Assembly: GCA_943356485.1 (NCBI GenBank)
Contig: CALRFD010000002.1
Location: forward strand, 136,156-200,155
Reading direction: 5' to 3'
Origin: Patescibacteria group bacterium
GTDB taxonomy: Bacteria > Patescibacteriota > Microgenomatia > Daviesbacterales > UBA10151
Length of the DNA stretch: 64,000 nt
Shown here: positions 48,484-58,900 of the stretch, piece after piece
Layout: every line of letters starts with the position of its first letter
Numbering within the stretch: position 1 is the first letter of the stretch
Translations under genes and position numbers: made by a program
The notes under the pieces: generated by a model
What the model was told of the DNA's origin: nothing
The model's database searches: none
The model's input: only the letters and a program-made list of their open reading frames with translations

Positions 48484-49089
48484 TTATTTACTCCTGCAAA
48501 GCTTTGCCAACACCTGTACATAAAGCTGGTTTTCTTTTACTTTAAGTCTTGAATATAAAGACTCTACTGTATCTCTAGTTTCAATTTTTTCAAAAACTCG
48601 ACCTAAAACAGGACCAAAATCAAATTCTTTAGTTAAAAAGTGGTTACTGCAACCTGCATATGTTGCATTAGTCTCTAGAAAGTTTTTCATAGCCTTATCA
48701 GTAAATTTGCCTTTATTCCATAACCCATCTGTCCCGTCTGGATTTTTAACAACACCATCCATAGTATCCGGTATTAAACCAGGATGAGTATTTAAAATCC
48801 TGTTTTGGAAGGCATTCATCACCTCATCAGTAATTATTTGTTTCCATCCACCAAGACAAACATAATCTATATTATATTTTTGCAAAAGAGTCAACAAACT
48901 TTCTTTATCTGAGTTAATCTCTATCGGAATATTGTGTTTTTTCGCCCTTTGCAATCCATAAGCATCCTCTTTATCAGAAATTACTACTGCTATAGTTGCA
49001 TTAATTTTGCCTGACTGCACCCCGTCAATAATTGCTTGTAAGTTAGTTCCAACCCCTGCATTCGAAATTAAAACTGCTAACCTCTTCAT
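48484..49089 (-). CDS. purN: phosphoribosylglycinamide formyltransferase (formyl_trans_N family)
   Basis: RLAVLISNAGVGTNLQAI and NTHPGLIP (PurN NxHPSLLP-like) motifs; position in pur operon. Confidence 0.75.
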   Translation of the reverse strand: MKRLAVLISNAGVGTNLQAIIDGVQSGKINATIAVVISDKEDAYGLQRAKKHNIPIEINSDKESLLTLLQKYNIDYVCLGGWKQIITDEVMNAFQNRILNTHPGLIPDTMDGVVKNPDGTDGLWNKGKFTDKAMKNFLETNATYAGCSNHFLTKEFDFGPVLGRVFEKIETRDTVESLYSRLKVKENQLYVQVLAKLCRSK

Positions 49090-50519
49090 GCTAAAGAAAA
49101 ATCTACCTCTTTTGCTCTTTCCCCAATATCAACTGGATACTTTCCGTTAAAACAGGACGTACAGAGTATATCTTCCGGAAGTCCTACGGCCTTAAGCATC
49201 CCCTGATAAGACAAATAATGTATTGAATCAACCCCCAACTCCTTACCTATCTCTTTGATATTTTTAACAGCTGCAATCAAATCTTTTTGATTAGGGGTAT
49301 TTATACCATAAAAATCAGGAAATTTAACAGGTGGGGAAGAAATAAGCAAGTGAATCTCCTTTGCGCCAGCCCCTCTTATCATCTTGATAATCTCTTTTGA
49401 AGTGGTACCCCGGACTATCGAATCATCCACTACAATAACTCTTTTCCCAAAAATTATATGCTTCATCGGGTTAAGTTTTTGCTGAACTATTTTATGCCTG
49501 GTATGCTCTTCAGGAGAAATAAAAGTTCTGTGGATATATCGATTTTTTATTAAACCTAAATAAAACGGAATACCAGATTTTTTTGAATAACCACTTGCAG
49601 CAGGAATTGCAGAATCCGGAACAGGGATAACCACATCAGCTTTTATCTTAACTTCTTTTGCCAACTCCACTCCAAGGTTTTGCCTTACTTGGTCAACACT
49701 CTTTCCAAGTATTATACTGTCCGGTCTCGCAAAGTAAACATACTCAAAAATATCCAGCTTCTGATTTCCCTTTTCAATCTGGATACTTTTAAGACCTTTA
49801 TCACTTATAACTACCATCTCTCCGGGCTTAACTTCCCTAATAAAAGTAGCTCCTACCACATCTAAGCCACATGTCTCTGAGGCAATGACAAAACCGCCAT
49901 TTAACTTTCCTAAACAAAGCGGCCTAATACCAAAAGAATCGCGTATTGCTACTACTTTATTTTCATCCATAACCAGCAAACAAAAAACTCCGGTAAATAA
50001 AGGGTACGCTTCTTTAATTGCTTCCTCCAAAGATTTCCCTTCTCTTACATAAAAGGCTATTGCTTTTGTTATCATCTCAGAATCATTGGCTCCTTTTATA
50101 GAAATTTTTTTAGAGGTTAGGAACTCTTTTAATTTTTTAACCGAAGGAAGATTACCATTATGTGCCAGTGCAATATATTTATTATTTTTTATTTTTTCTA
50201 GAATCGGTTGGGCGTGTAGAACGGTTGAGTCACCGGAAGTCGCATAACGGTTATGGCCTATTGCCATATGTCCTTTCAGTTTTTTTAAATCTTTTTCCTC
50301 AAAAACATGAGATACTAAACCCATTCCTTTGTGAACATAAATAGTTTTACCATCAGAAGATGCAATACCAGAAGATTCCTGACCCCTGTGTTGAAGCGCC
50401 CAAAGACCTGGATGAACCAATCTTGCTGCCTCAAATCCCTTCCCGAAAACTCCAAAAATACCACACTTTTCTTTAAAGCTGTAATTAGAATTTAAAAAAG
50501 GAAGCTTTTGGTTTCCCAT
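49086..50519 (-). CDS. purF: amidophosphoribosyltransferase
   Basis: N-terminal Ntn Cys MCGIFGVFG and PRTase domain; 477 aa. Confidence 0.9.
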   Translation of the reverse strand: MGNQKLPFLNSNYSFKEKCGIFGVFGKGFEAARLVHPGLWALQHRGQESSGIASSDGKTIYVHKGMGLVSHVFEEKDLKKLKGHMAIGHNRYATSGDSTVLHAQPILEKIKNNKYIALAHNGNLPSVKKLKEFLTSKKISIKGANDSEMITKAIAFYVREGKSLEEAIKEAYPLFTGVFCLLVMDENKVVAIRDSFGIRPLCLGKLNGGFVIASETCGLDVVGATFIREVKPGEMVVISDKGLKSIQIEKGNQKLDIFEYVYFARPDSIILGKSVDQVRQNLGVELAKEVKIKADVVIPVPDSAIPAASGYSKKSGIPFYLGLIKNRYIHRTFISPEEHTRHKIVQQKLNPMKHIIFGKRVIVVDDSIVRGTTSKEIIKMIRGAGAKEIHLLISSPPVKFPDFYGINTPNQKDLIAAVKNIKEIGKELGVDSIHYLSYQGMLKAVGLPEDILCTSCFNGKYPVDIGERAKEVDFSLA

Positions 50520-50582
50520 AGCCTAATATAACTATTTCCACTCCTAAAGTCAAGTTTCGTAAGAAAATGGTATACTAAGTCT

Positions 50583-50945
50583 ATGGATTATAAAAAGTTT
50601 CACATCCTATCATTTAAGTATGCCTTTGAAGGCATCACTGCCGCGCTAAAGGAAGAACCTAACTTGAAATTTCATTTTTTGGCCGGGTTATTGGTAATTT
50701 TAACTTCCTTAATTTTAAATATCTCAAAGATCGATTGGATAATTATTATTTTTTTAATTGGATTTGTGATTGCAGTTGAACTTACCAATACTGCAATTGA
50801 GGCTGTTGTTGACAATTTCACAGATAAAATTCATCCCGGGGCAAAACTGGCAAAAGATATCTCGGCCGGAGCAGTGTTAGTAGCTGCTTTAACTTCTACA
50901 ATTATCGGTTTAATAATTTTCCTACCATATATAAATCATGGATAA
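50583..50945 (+). CDS. dgkA: diacylglycerol kinase / undecaprenol kinase family (DgkA)
   Basis: 120 aa, 3 TM, sequence FKYAFEGITAAL...NTAIEAVVD typical of DgkA. Confidence 0.75.
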   Translation: MDYKKFHILSFKYAFEGITAALKEEPNLKFHFLAGLLVILTSLILNISKIDWIIIIFLIGFVIAVELTNTAIEAVVDNFTDKIHPGAKLAKDISAGAVLVAALTSTIIGLIIFLPYINHG

Positions 50946-51459
50946 TGTTTCACTTTTTTTCTCTATATATAATTTTAGTCATAAATCTAGAGTCTTAGAT
51001 TTTGTGATGGTATTTATTACTAATTATGTAGTTTATCTAGCTCTATTTCTATCTATTATCTTGGCTGTTAAAGGCAAAACTTCAGAAAAAAAAGCATTTC
51101 TATTAATAATTTTGACTATCCCAATTTCTATACTACTGATCATGGTTATTCATTTATTTATAAGTGAACCCAGACCATTTGTAACATTTAATTTTATACC
51201 TTTGGCGGATAATCTAGCTGATGTCTCGTTCCCGTCCCGTCATGCTACAATCATGGCAGCAATCGGTTTGCCTTATCTTTACCTAAAATCCAAATGGGCA
51301 ATTATTTTTTTAATCTCAGTTATCTTAGTTGGTTTTTCCAGAATTTATATTGGAGTACATTATCCACTAGATGTCCTAGGTGGATTTTTAGTAGGTGGGT
51401 TAGCCTTGTTTTTATCTTTGCAAATTAAAAAAATTTTAATAGCTGGCTTTCTTCGATAA
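50938..51459 (+). CDS. PAP2 family phosphatase (undecaprenyl-diphosphatase-like)
   Basis: PAP2 motifs SFPSRHAT and GVHYPLDV; overlaps dgkA stop. Confidence 0.75.
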   Translation: MDNVSLFFSIYNFSHKSRVLDFVMVFITNYVVYLALFLSIILAVKGKTSEKKAFLLIILTIPISILLIMVIHLFISEPRPFVTFNFIPLADNLADVSFPSRHATIMAAIGLPYLYLKSKWAIIFLISVILVGFSRIYIGVHYPLDVLGGFLVGGLALFLSLQIKKILIAGFLR

Positions 51460-52746
51460 TCTTTTTAAGGCCAGAATATAAGCAGCAGTTCTGATATTAA
51501 CCTTTTTCTCCAGATGAATTTCCCAAATTTTCCCAAAAGCCGACTCCATCTTCTCTTTTAACTTCTGATTTACTTTTTGAAGATCCCACTTTTCTTTATG
51601 CATATTTTGATACCATTCAAAGTAGGACACAGTTACCCCTCCTGAGTTAGCCAAAACATCCGGAATAACCATAATCCCTCTCTTATTTAAAATTTCATCT
51701 GCCTCCGCTGTTGTTGGACCATTTGCCATTTCAAAAACAATTTTTGCTTTAATTTTCTTGGCATTCTCTTTTGTGATAACGTTTTCCATAGCGGCCGGAA
51801 TTAAAATATCTACTTCCAATCCGAGCAGCTGCTCATTTGAAATATCCCCCTCTTTATACTTTCTTGCTAAATCACAAACTGAACCGATGCAATAACAACC
51901 TGCCAAAACTCCTTTTTCTAATCTGCAAACTTTGACCAGATCAATATTAAATCCTTCCCCTGATGAGTCAAATATCCCACCTTTAACATCTGAAATCGCC
52001 ACTACTTTATACCCATTTTTATGTAAAATACTGGCAAAATTTGAACCGACATTTCCAAAACCCTGTATAGCTACAGTTAAAGGCCTGCCGGCCGGCAAGG
52101 TTTTTTCTTCTCTTAATTTTTTTATTAGTTTTTCTAAAACAAAAAATCCTCCTAGTCCGGTTGCTTCTTCCCGTCCAATCGATCCACCATTTAGAATAGA
52201 TTTTCCGGTCACTACAGCTTTAATCTCCTCTTCTTTAATACTTCCCCCTTTACCCTTACCCCTTACCGCTTTTCCGTATTCATCTTCTATCCAATCCATA
52301 ATTTTGGAGTTAGTATTAACATCCGGAGCCGGAACATCAACCTCTGCACCAATATTGGGAGCCAGTTTTCTGGCGAATTGTCTGGTTAATCGTTCCAGCT
52401 CACTTTCGCTTAACTGATGCGGATCTATTTCTAATCCGCCTTTTCCACCACCAAAAGGTACATTGACAATCGCATTTTTAATCATCATCCAAAAACCTAA
52501 AGCACAAACTTCATCCATATCCACCTTTGGATGAAATCTTAAACCTCCCTTATACGGACCGAGCAGATTATTGTATTGAACCCGATAACCCTTAACTATT
52601 TCTGTTTCTCCTGAATCCTTCTTAAAAGGGATTGCTAAAGTTATAGTCCTTTCCGGCAAAGAAAGTTGATCCAATAAACTTATGTCTAGATCTACAACCT
52701 TAGCAGCTTTTCTTAATTGTGTTAGGGCTGAATCAAAAGTACTCAT
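51436..52746 (-). CDS. gdh: glutamate dehydrogenase (Glu/Leu/Phe/Val dehydrogenase family)
   Basis: GPYKGGLRFHP and VPFGGGKGG signatures; Rossmann GFGNVG. Confidence 0.9.
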   Translation of the reverse strand: MSTFDSALTQLRKAAKVVDLDISLLDQLSLPERTITLAIPFKKDSGETEIVKGYRVQYNNLLGPYKGGLRFHPKVDMDEVCALGFWMMIKNAIVNVPFGGGKGGLEIDPHQLSESELERLTRQFARKLAPNIGAEVDVPAPDVNTNSKIMDWIEDEYGKAVRGKGKGGSIKEEEIKAVVTGKSILNGGSIGREEATGLGGFFVLEKLIKKLREEKTLPAGRPLTVAIQGFGNVGSNFASILHKNGYKVVAISDVKGGIFDSSGEGFNIDLVKVCRLEKGVLAGCYCIGSVCDLARKYKEGDISNEQLLGLEVDILIPAAMENVITKENAKKIKAKIVFEMANGPTTAEADEILNKRGIMVIPDVLANSGGVTVSYFEWYQNMHKEKWDLQKVNQKLKEKMESAFGKIWEIHLEKKVNIRTAAYILALKRLSKKASY

Positions 52747-54008
52747 GCTCTTAATATTTTTACTATTTTTTTATCACTTTTTAAAGGGGCAATTATTTGT
52801 AGATTCATTTTTTCTTTTTTGAAAAGGGTGCTGGCAACTATTTGTATATCCTCTTTAGTAATTAAATCTATTTTATGCAAATATTCATCAAAGGTTTCTA
52901 TCTTTCCGTCTAAAACAAAATTTATTCCAAAATACTCAGCTAAAAAATTAGTAGATTCGGATCTGATGGCCAGTCTTCCACGAATCATTTCCTTGGCTTT
53001 TTTAAGCTCTTCTTGCCCAACTGGCTCTGTAACCATTCTATTTAATTCTGATTTTATTACCTCAAGCGCTTCTTCTATTTTTTCTAACTTAACTCCTGCA
53101 TCAACCGTAAAAGCGCCTGTATCTTTGTAAAATTCATGATCAGCCCCAATATGATAAGCAAGTCCTCTCCTTTCCCTAACTTGTAAAAAAAGCCTTGAGG
53201 ACATTCCTTCACCCAGTATTGCCCCTAAAACTCTGGTCGCGTATTTTCGTTTATCATCCCTGCCAAAACCTTCAAATCCTAAGACTATATTTGCTTGGTC
53301 GGTCTGTTTGTAAAAAATAGCCACTTTCGGTTTTTCCTGTTTTAATTTTTTATATGGTTTTGGTTTGTATTGCGACCTTTTTGGTAATCTTAAAAAATAC
53401 TGATTGATTAGTTGATCTAAATGATTAGGCAATTTCCCTGCCAAAACCAGCACCATATTTTTTGGAGCATATAAACTTTCCATGTAGGAAATTAGGTCTT
53501 CTCTCGTAATTGAATTAACTGTTTTCTCATCTCCTCCTAAATCCCAACCTAGAGGTTGATCTCCGTATTGCAGTTTTTCATACAGATCCCAAACATATCT
53601 TTGCGGCATGTCACGATACATCCTTAACTCCTCAACAATTACCCCTTTTTCCCTGGCAATTTCTTCATCTGAAAGAAGAGATTCTTTAATCATGGATGAC
53701 AATATATCTAAAGCCAGTTCAACGTGTTTGCTGGAAGATTTAATCCAATAATAAGTAAACTCCTTTGTAGTCGCTGCATTATTTACAGCTCCAATACCAT
53801 CAACGATCGTTGAGATCTGCTCTGCTGTCGGATATTTTTTGCTCCCTTTAAAAAACATGTGTTCCAAAAAGTGTGAAATACCGCTTGATTTTTTAGTTTC
53901 ATACCTTGATCCGGCTCCAACTGTTACCAAAGTAGTCAATGAATCAAGGTGGGGTATATCAACAGTAATTAAAGTCAGGCCGTTTTTTAAAGTAGAGATT
54001 TTATGCAT
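52743..54008 (-). CDS. M16 family zinc metallopeptidase (insulinase-like)
   Basis: Inverted zinc motif HFLEHMFFKGS (HxxEH). Confidence 0.85.
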   Translation of the reverse strand: MHKISTLKNGLTLITVDIPHLDSLTTLVTVGAGSRYETKKSSGISHFLEHMFFKGSKKYPTAEQISTIVDGIGAVNNAATTKEFTYYWIKSSSKHVELALDILSSMIKESLLSDEEIAREKGVIVEELRMYRDMPQRYVWDLYEKLQYGDQPLGWDLGGDEKTVNSITREDLISYMESLYAPKNMVLVLAGKLPNHLDQLINQYFLRLPKRSQYKPKPYKKLKQEKPKVAIFYKQTDQANIVLGFEGFGRDDKRKYATRVLGAILGEGMSSRLFLQVRERRGLAYHIGADHEFYKDTGAFTVDAGVKLEKIEEALEVIKSELNRMVTEPVGQEELKKAKEMIRGRLAIRSESTNFLAEYFGINFVLDGKIETFDEYLHKIDLITKEDIQIVASTLFKKEKMNLQIIAPLKSDKKIVKILRA

Positions 54009-54675
54009 CGTTTTTATTTTTTGAATCGATCAATCTTAACATTTCACCTACGGTTTGCTCAACATTGAGATTTGAGTTATCAATTGTAAATGCATCTTTG
54101 GGCACTCTTAATGGTGAGGCTTCTCTTGTCCTATCTTGGTGATCGCGATCCAGCATATCTCTTAGGATATCTTCAAACCGGATACTAGGATCAACTTGAA
54201 CTAATTGATTAAATCTTCTCTGAGCCCTGATTTCCGGAGCAGCAGTGAGGAAAAACTTATACTTTGCATCAGGATAAATCTCTGATCCAATATCCCGCCC
54301 CCCCATAACAATATGCCCTCTCTCACCTAATTTTTTCTGTATTCCTCTCATAATTTTACGAACCTCTGGAATCGCAGAGATAACCGGCACCAGTTTGGAA
54401 ATCTCCGGAGTATGCAATAAATCCGTTACGTCAATGCTTTCTAAAAACATCTTCCAGTGATCGTTAGTTTCAAACCTTATATCCAGTGTCCGGTAAACTT
54501 CTAAAATCCTATCCATATCTTGTTCTAAGATATTCTCCTGTAACATCTTCAAACAACCAGCCCGATAAATCATTCCCGTATCAATGTACTGATAGCCTAA
54601 TTTTTTAGCTAACAAAAATCCGACTGAATTTTTGCCGGATGAGGTAGGTCCATCTATAGTTACTAAATTTTCCAC
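54001..54675 (-). CDS. cmk: cytidylate kinase
   Basis: IDGPTSSGKNSV P-loop and CMK family fit; 224 aa. Confidence 0.9.
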   Translation of the reverse strand: MENLVTIDGPTSSGKNSVGFLLAKKLGYQYIDTGMIYRAGCLKMLQENILEQDMDRILEVYRTLDIRFETNDHWKMFLESIDVTDLLHTPEISKLVPVISAIPEVRKIMRGIQKKLGERGHIVMGGRDIGSEIYPDAKYKFFLTAAPEIRAQRRFNQLVQVDPSIRFEDILRDMLDRDHQDRTREASPLRVPKDAFTIDNSNLNVEQTVGEMLRLIDSKNKNDA

Positions 54676-54700
54676 GTCTTCTAGTTTATCACAAACCTTT

Positions 54701-55945
54701 CTACTTTTTAGGAGTGTAGTATTTTTTACCTCTTAGCTTTTCCGGTAGTAAATCTTCTGTGGTATATTTCCCCGCCTGCCAGTCCGCCATCGGCTTTGCC
54801 GAAGGCATGCCGGCGGGCAACGCTTGATGCGTAGCATTTGCGGGCAGGTCATAGCCTTTTCCATAACTTAAATCCTTCATCAATTTTGTCGGAGCATTTC
54901 TAATACTCATCGGTATTGGCAGATTTCCAAATTTTTTTACATGTTCCAGCGCCTTAAAATAAGCCTCATACGAAGATCTATCTTTTTTAGCCATTGCCAA
55001 ATACACCACTCCATGAGCTAAATTTATCTGACACTCAGGATACCCAATTGTCTCACAGGCTCGGAAAACTTCATTAGCTACAACTAAGGCTGTTGGTTGG
55101 GTCTGTCCAATATCTTCGGAAGCAAAAATCACCATTCTCCTTGCAATAAACAAAGGATCTTCACCGGCAGAAATCATCCTGGCTAAATAGTATAAGGCTG
55201 CATCTGGGTTTGATGCCCGCATGGATTTTATAAAAGCCGAAATAGTATTGTAGTGTTCCTCGCCGTTCTTATCGTACATTAAAGCCTTTTTTTGAAAAGC
55301 TTCTTCTATTTGAAGAACTCCGATTTCACTTTTTAACCCGGCTGCAATTTCTAAAGTGTTCAACATTACCCTACCATCACCACCGCTTAATTCCATCAAT
55401 AATCGTTTACCTTTTTTGTCTATCTTAGCTTTCAGTTCTTTTAAACCTCTTTTAATAATTTCTGATAAATCATCTTCATTCAAAGGCCGCAGTACCAAAA
55501 CTCTGGAGCGGGAAAGCAACGGCGCGATTATCTCAAACGAGGGATTTTCTGTGGTGGCACCAATCAAAATAATCTGACCAGTTTCCACCAGCGGCAAAAA
55601 AGCATCCTGTTGAGCTTTATTGAAACGATGAATTTCATCAATAAAAACAACCGGTGGTGGAAGCAAACTACTTTGCCTATTAACTCTTACTCCTTCTATA
55701 ATTTTTTTAACTTCAGCAATCCCGGTATTTACCGCGGAAAATTCCAAAAATTCAGAAGCTGTTTCTAACGCTATAATTCTGGCTATCGTTGTTTTCCCCA
55801 CTCCTGGCGGCCCCCATAAAATCATCGAGAAGATCTTTTTGCTTTTAATAGATTCAAAAAGTAACTTATCTTGCGACAATAAATGCTTTTGTCCAACATA
55901 GTCTTTTAAAAATTTTGGTCTTAATTTATCAGCCAGTGGAATCAT
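54701..55945 (-). CDS. rarA: replication-associated recombination protein A (AAA+ ATPase RarA/MgsA)
   Basis: N-terminus LADKLRPKFLKDYVGQKHLL, Walker A GPPGVGKTT, Walker B VVFIDEIHRFNK. Confidence 0.9.
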   Translation of the reverse strand: MIPLADKLRPKFLKDYVGQKHLLSQDKLLFESIKSKKIFSMILWGPPGVGKTTIARIIALETASEFLEFSAVNTGIAEVKKIIEGVRVNRQSSLLPPPVVFIDEIHRFNKAQQDAFLPLVETGQIILIGATTENPSFEIIAPLLSRSRVLVLRPLNEDDLSEIIKRGLKELKAKIDKKGKRLLMELSGGDGRVMLNTLEIAAGLKSEIGVLQIEEAFQKKALMYDKNGEEHYNTISAFIKSMRASNPDAALYYLARMISAGEDPLFIARRMVIFASEDIGQTQPTALVVANEVFRACETIGYPECQINLAHGVVYLAMAKKDRSSYEAYFKALEHVKKFGNLPIPMSIRNAPTKLMKDLSYGKGYDLPANATHQALPAGMPSAKPMADWQAGKYTTEDLLPEKLRGKKYYTPKK

Positions 55946-55955
55946 ATTAATTTAA

Positions 55956-58900
55956 CTATGTCTGTAAAAGCCTACTGATTTCATCAATCTTTTTTTGTGT
56001 TTCTTCTGAAAGACTTGCCTGTCCTTTTAAGTTTGTATCTGGTTTTCTAAACACAAATAATCGATCAAGCGAAGCACTACCTCCAGCATCTTCTGTATAG
56101 GCTCCTGCATCGCACATAAAATACATCTTTAACAGTTCAAAGAATTGGCTAACTGGAATTCCCGATTCTTGCGCTGCATCCCTGATGCTTTCTGCTGCGT
56201 CCTCACCAGTAAGATGTCCTTGTAAATATTCTCCCAGATAGTCCTGATTTGCAATCGCCACCATAACTTCCATCTCTTGTGGTTTGAAACCAACACCTTG
56301 AATTATTCCTGGTAAAAATTTCATTGTATATTCATGTTGCTGCGATGTTGTTTTGGCAATTTGAACAGAAAGAGGTTTGCCTAAATCATGTAAGGATAGC
56401 ATCATTCTAAAGCCTTCCTGTGAAATAAGCGGTGATTTCCATCTATCAGCAAAATATTTTTCATATTGTCCCATCGCCATTAAGGTATGTTGATCGAGGG
56501 TGTAACCTTCCCAAACTCCAACCGAGCTTTCGTATAAGTGTTGCATAAATGGAGATTTCTTTAAAGTTTGTATCAACTCTGATGGGGTAAAGTCTTTCTT
56601 ATCTAAAATATTTCTGACCTCTTCATTCTTAACTTTATACTCTTCATACATTTCAGGAGTAAAAATTATCTTTCCTTCCACATTAACAACTGGAATATAA
56701 AATCCATTTTGGGCAATAGTAAAATATATTCTTTGCATTTCAGCTTCATTACTAGTTAAAGAATCCTTAGCAATCATTACATCGATTTCTGTCGAGGCAA
56801 TACCGGTTCTAATACCATAATGGTTTGAACTAGCTACTCCGGAGAAAAATAATTCATATTTATTACTACTATAGTGTGGACTTTGCTCCTCTCTCGAATT
56901 TTGAAACTGTCCCCGATCTCGAAAAACAAGTAATAACTCTCCATATATAGAAGATTTTGAATTTGCGATAACGGTCTTTAAATCTTGTCCTTCCTGATCA
57001 ACCATAATTCTGGTGACATCAGTATCAAAAGGAGTATGATCTGAGTCTGCTGAAGCTCCTAAATATTCTTTCGCTAAAGATCCATTAAGCAGAATATTTT
57101 CCAGAAACTCTGTATTTATTCCTTTCAATAAATCACCTTCATGAATTACTATACTTTTGGCTTCTTCCAAAGCTTCTTTCGCGTATTGAATGTTTCTGCT
57201 ACCTCCCACCTTCTTCACTAATGCCATTTGTTCCAATGCCTCCTGAATTGTTCTAAACCCCAAGGGTCTTAGAAACATAGAAGATACTCTCTCAAGCAAT
57301 CTTTGATTACCATCTATCCCTAAATTTCGTTTAAGCTCAATAACACGCTCTTGTACCTCTAAGCCAATTGTTGGTTGCGCGTTTTTTCTTCTTCCAAATT
57401 GAGAATTAGCATACAAAACATCCATTCTGTTTAAAAATCTGATAGCCTGTTCCCTCTTACTGGAGTTCTCTTTTCCTTCTAAGACTCCTGCTCCATGTTG
57501 TTCAACCTCATCTATAACTTGCTGGCTCGATTGTAAGGTTTGTAAGAAGTTTAAAAGTGAGGGATTGCCTGAATCTATTGCTACTTTTAATAAATCTCTA
57601 TAAATAATTGCATATCTTCTGGAATTATCTGCATTTACTAAAATAGGACTTAATATGTTCTTTTTACCATCTATTTTTTCTTGAAACTTAGCAGGATGAT
57701 GTAGTATTTCAAAAACACGATAGACTTTTCCTACATAAGGCAAGTTATTTTTTTCAAATACTTCTATAATCCTATCCAGATAATATTTCGGATTTTCTGT
57801 TTGCCAAAGTTGTTGGACGATTTCGGTTTCAAGTCTTTTTATTTCCGCTGAAGAAGAGTTTTTAATCCTAACTGTTGCTTCTCCCGCAACCCGATACTTT
57901 TCGGCTTGAGCTAAGGGGATATCCGGAAAATTTGGATACTCTTGTATCACCCTTCGTCTTAAATCATCCGGAAGGTCTTGCCAGGTTATAAAAACTGATC
58001 GTTCATTGCTATTATACTGAGAGAGAACCTCCTCGCTTAGAAGTTTTGTGAGCAATTGATAATCCTGTGTTCTTATAACAGCATCGATCAGTATTCTTGA
58101 TGGTCTACGATCATAACCAAAACCTGTAAATAAACTCTTATAATCTCCATGTAAACAAATATCAACTAAACTATCACTTAGGCTTTCTGTATGAGCAAAG
58201 CGCTTGATATCATTAGCCATTCGATATCTATCCATAATTTCGGGTTTTATATCAGGAAAATCTATCTCTTCGGCACACTTTATTCGTAGTTGATCATCTA
58301 GATAGCCCCATTCCCTCAAGGCCTTGGGACTATCACCTTCAAAAGAATTCCATATGTCAGGACGTAAAACCAGGAATAATCCACGAGGTTTTTTTTGTTC
58401 AATAAGCAGTTTGGCAAATTGAGCATTGGGTTTATTATCAGTAAAAAGTAGGTCAACATCACCCTTATACTGTCCCAACGGCTCATAAACCTCCATCAGT
58501 TCCCAATATGAACGTCCGGAAAGCTCTTTTAAGAAAAAATCGCTCGACGATAAAATATTCGAAAGCTTTAGAACGCGATCGATATATTCAGAATTTATTA
58601 TATTTTGATGATTCTTATCGTATGCAGAAGCTGCTATACTATCTTGTAAACCTTCTGGAAGATTAATAATCGCTTTAAGCCACTCTCCTTTTTTGTCTTC
58701 TGGAATTCTACTGAATACATAGAAATTCTTAAGGGACATATAATTAACCTTTTTAATCCAATCTGCATTCTTAAAGTTTTCCAAATCCAGGGGAACACCA
58801 TATTTCTTAAGAAGAGTAATTGTATCTATATAGGGAACTAGCGTACTTAACCAATCTAGTTCAAGATATCTATCTTCTATACTTTCAATTATTCTTTTCG

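Noticed and set aside
51932-52417. 161-aa plus-strand ORF antisense within gdh
   Set aside because: Embedded antisense in the glutamate dehydrogenase gene, Pro/Ser-rich, no motif.
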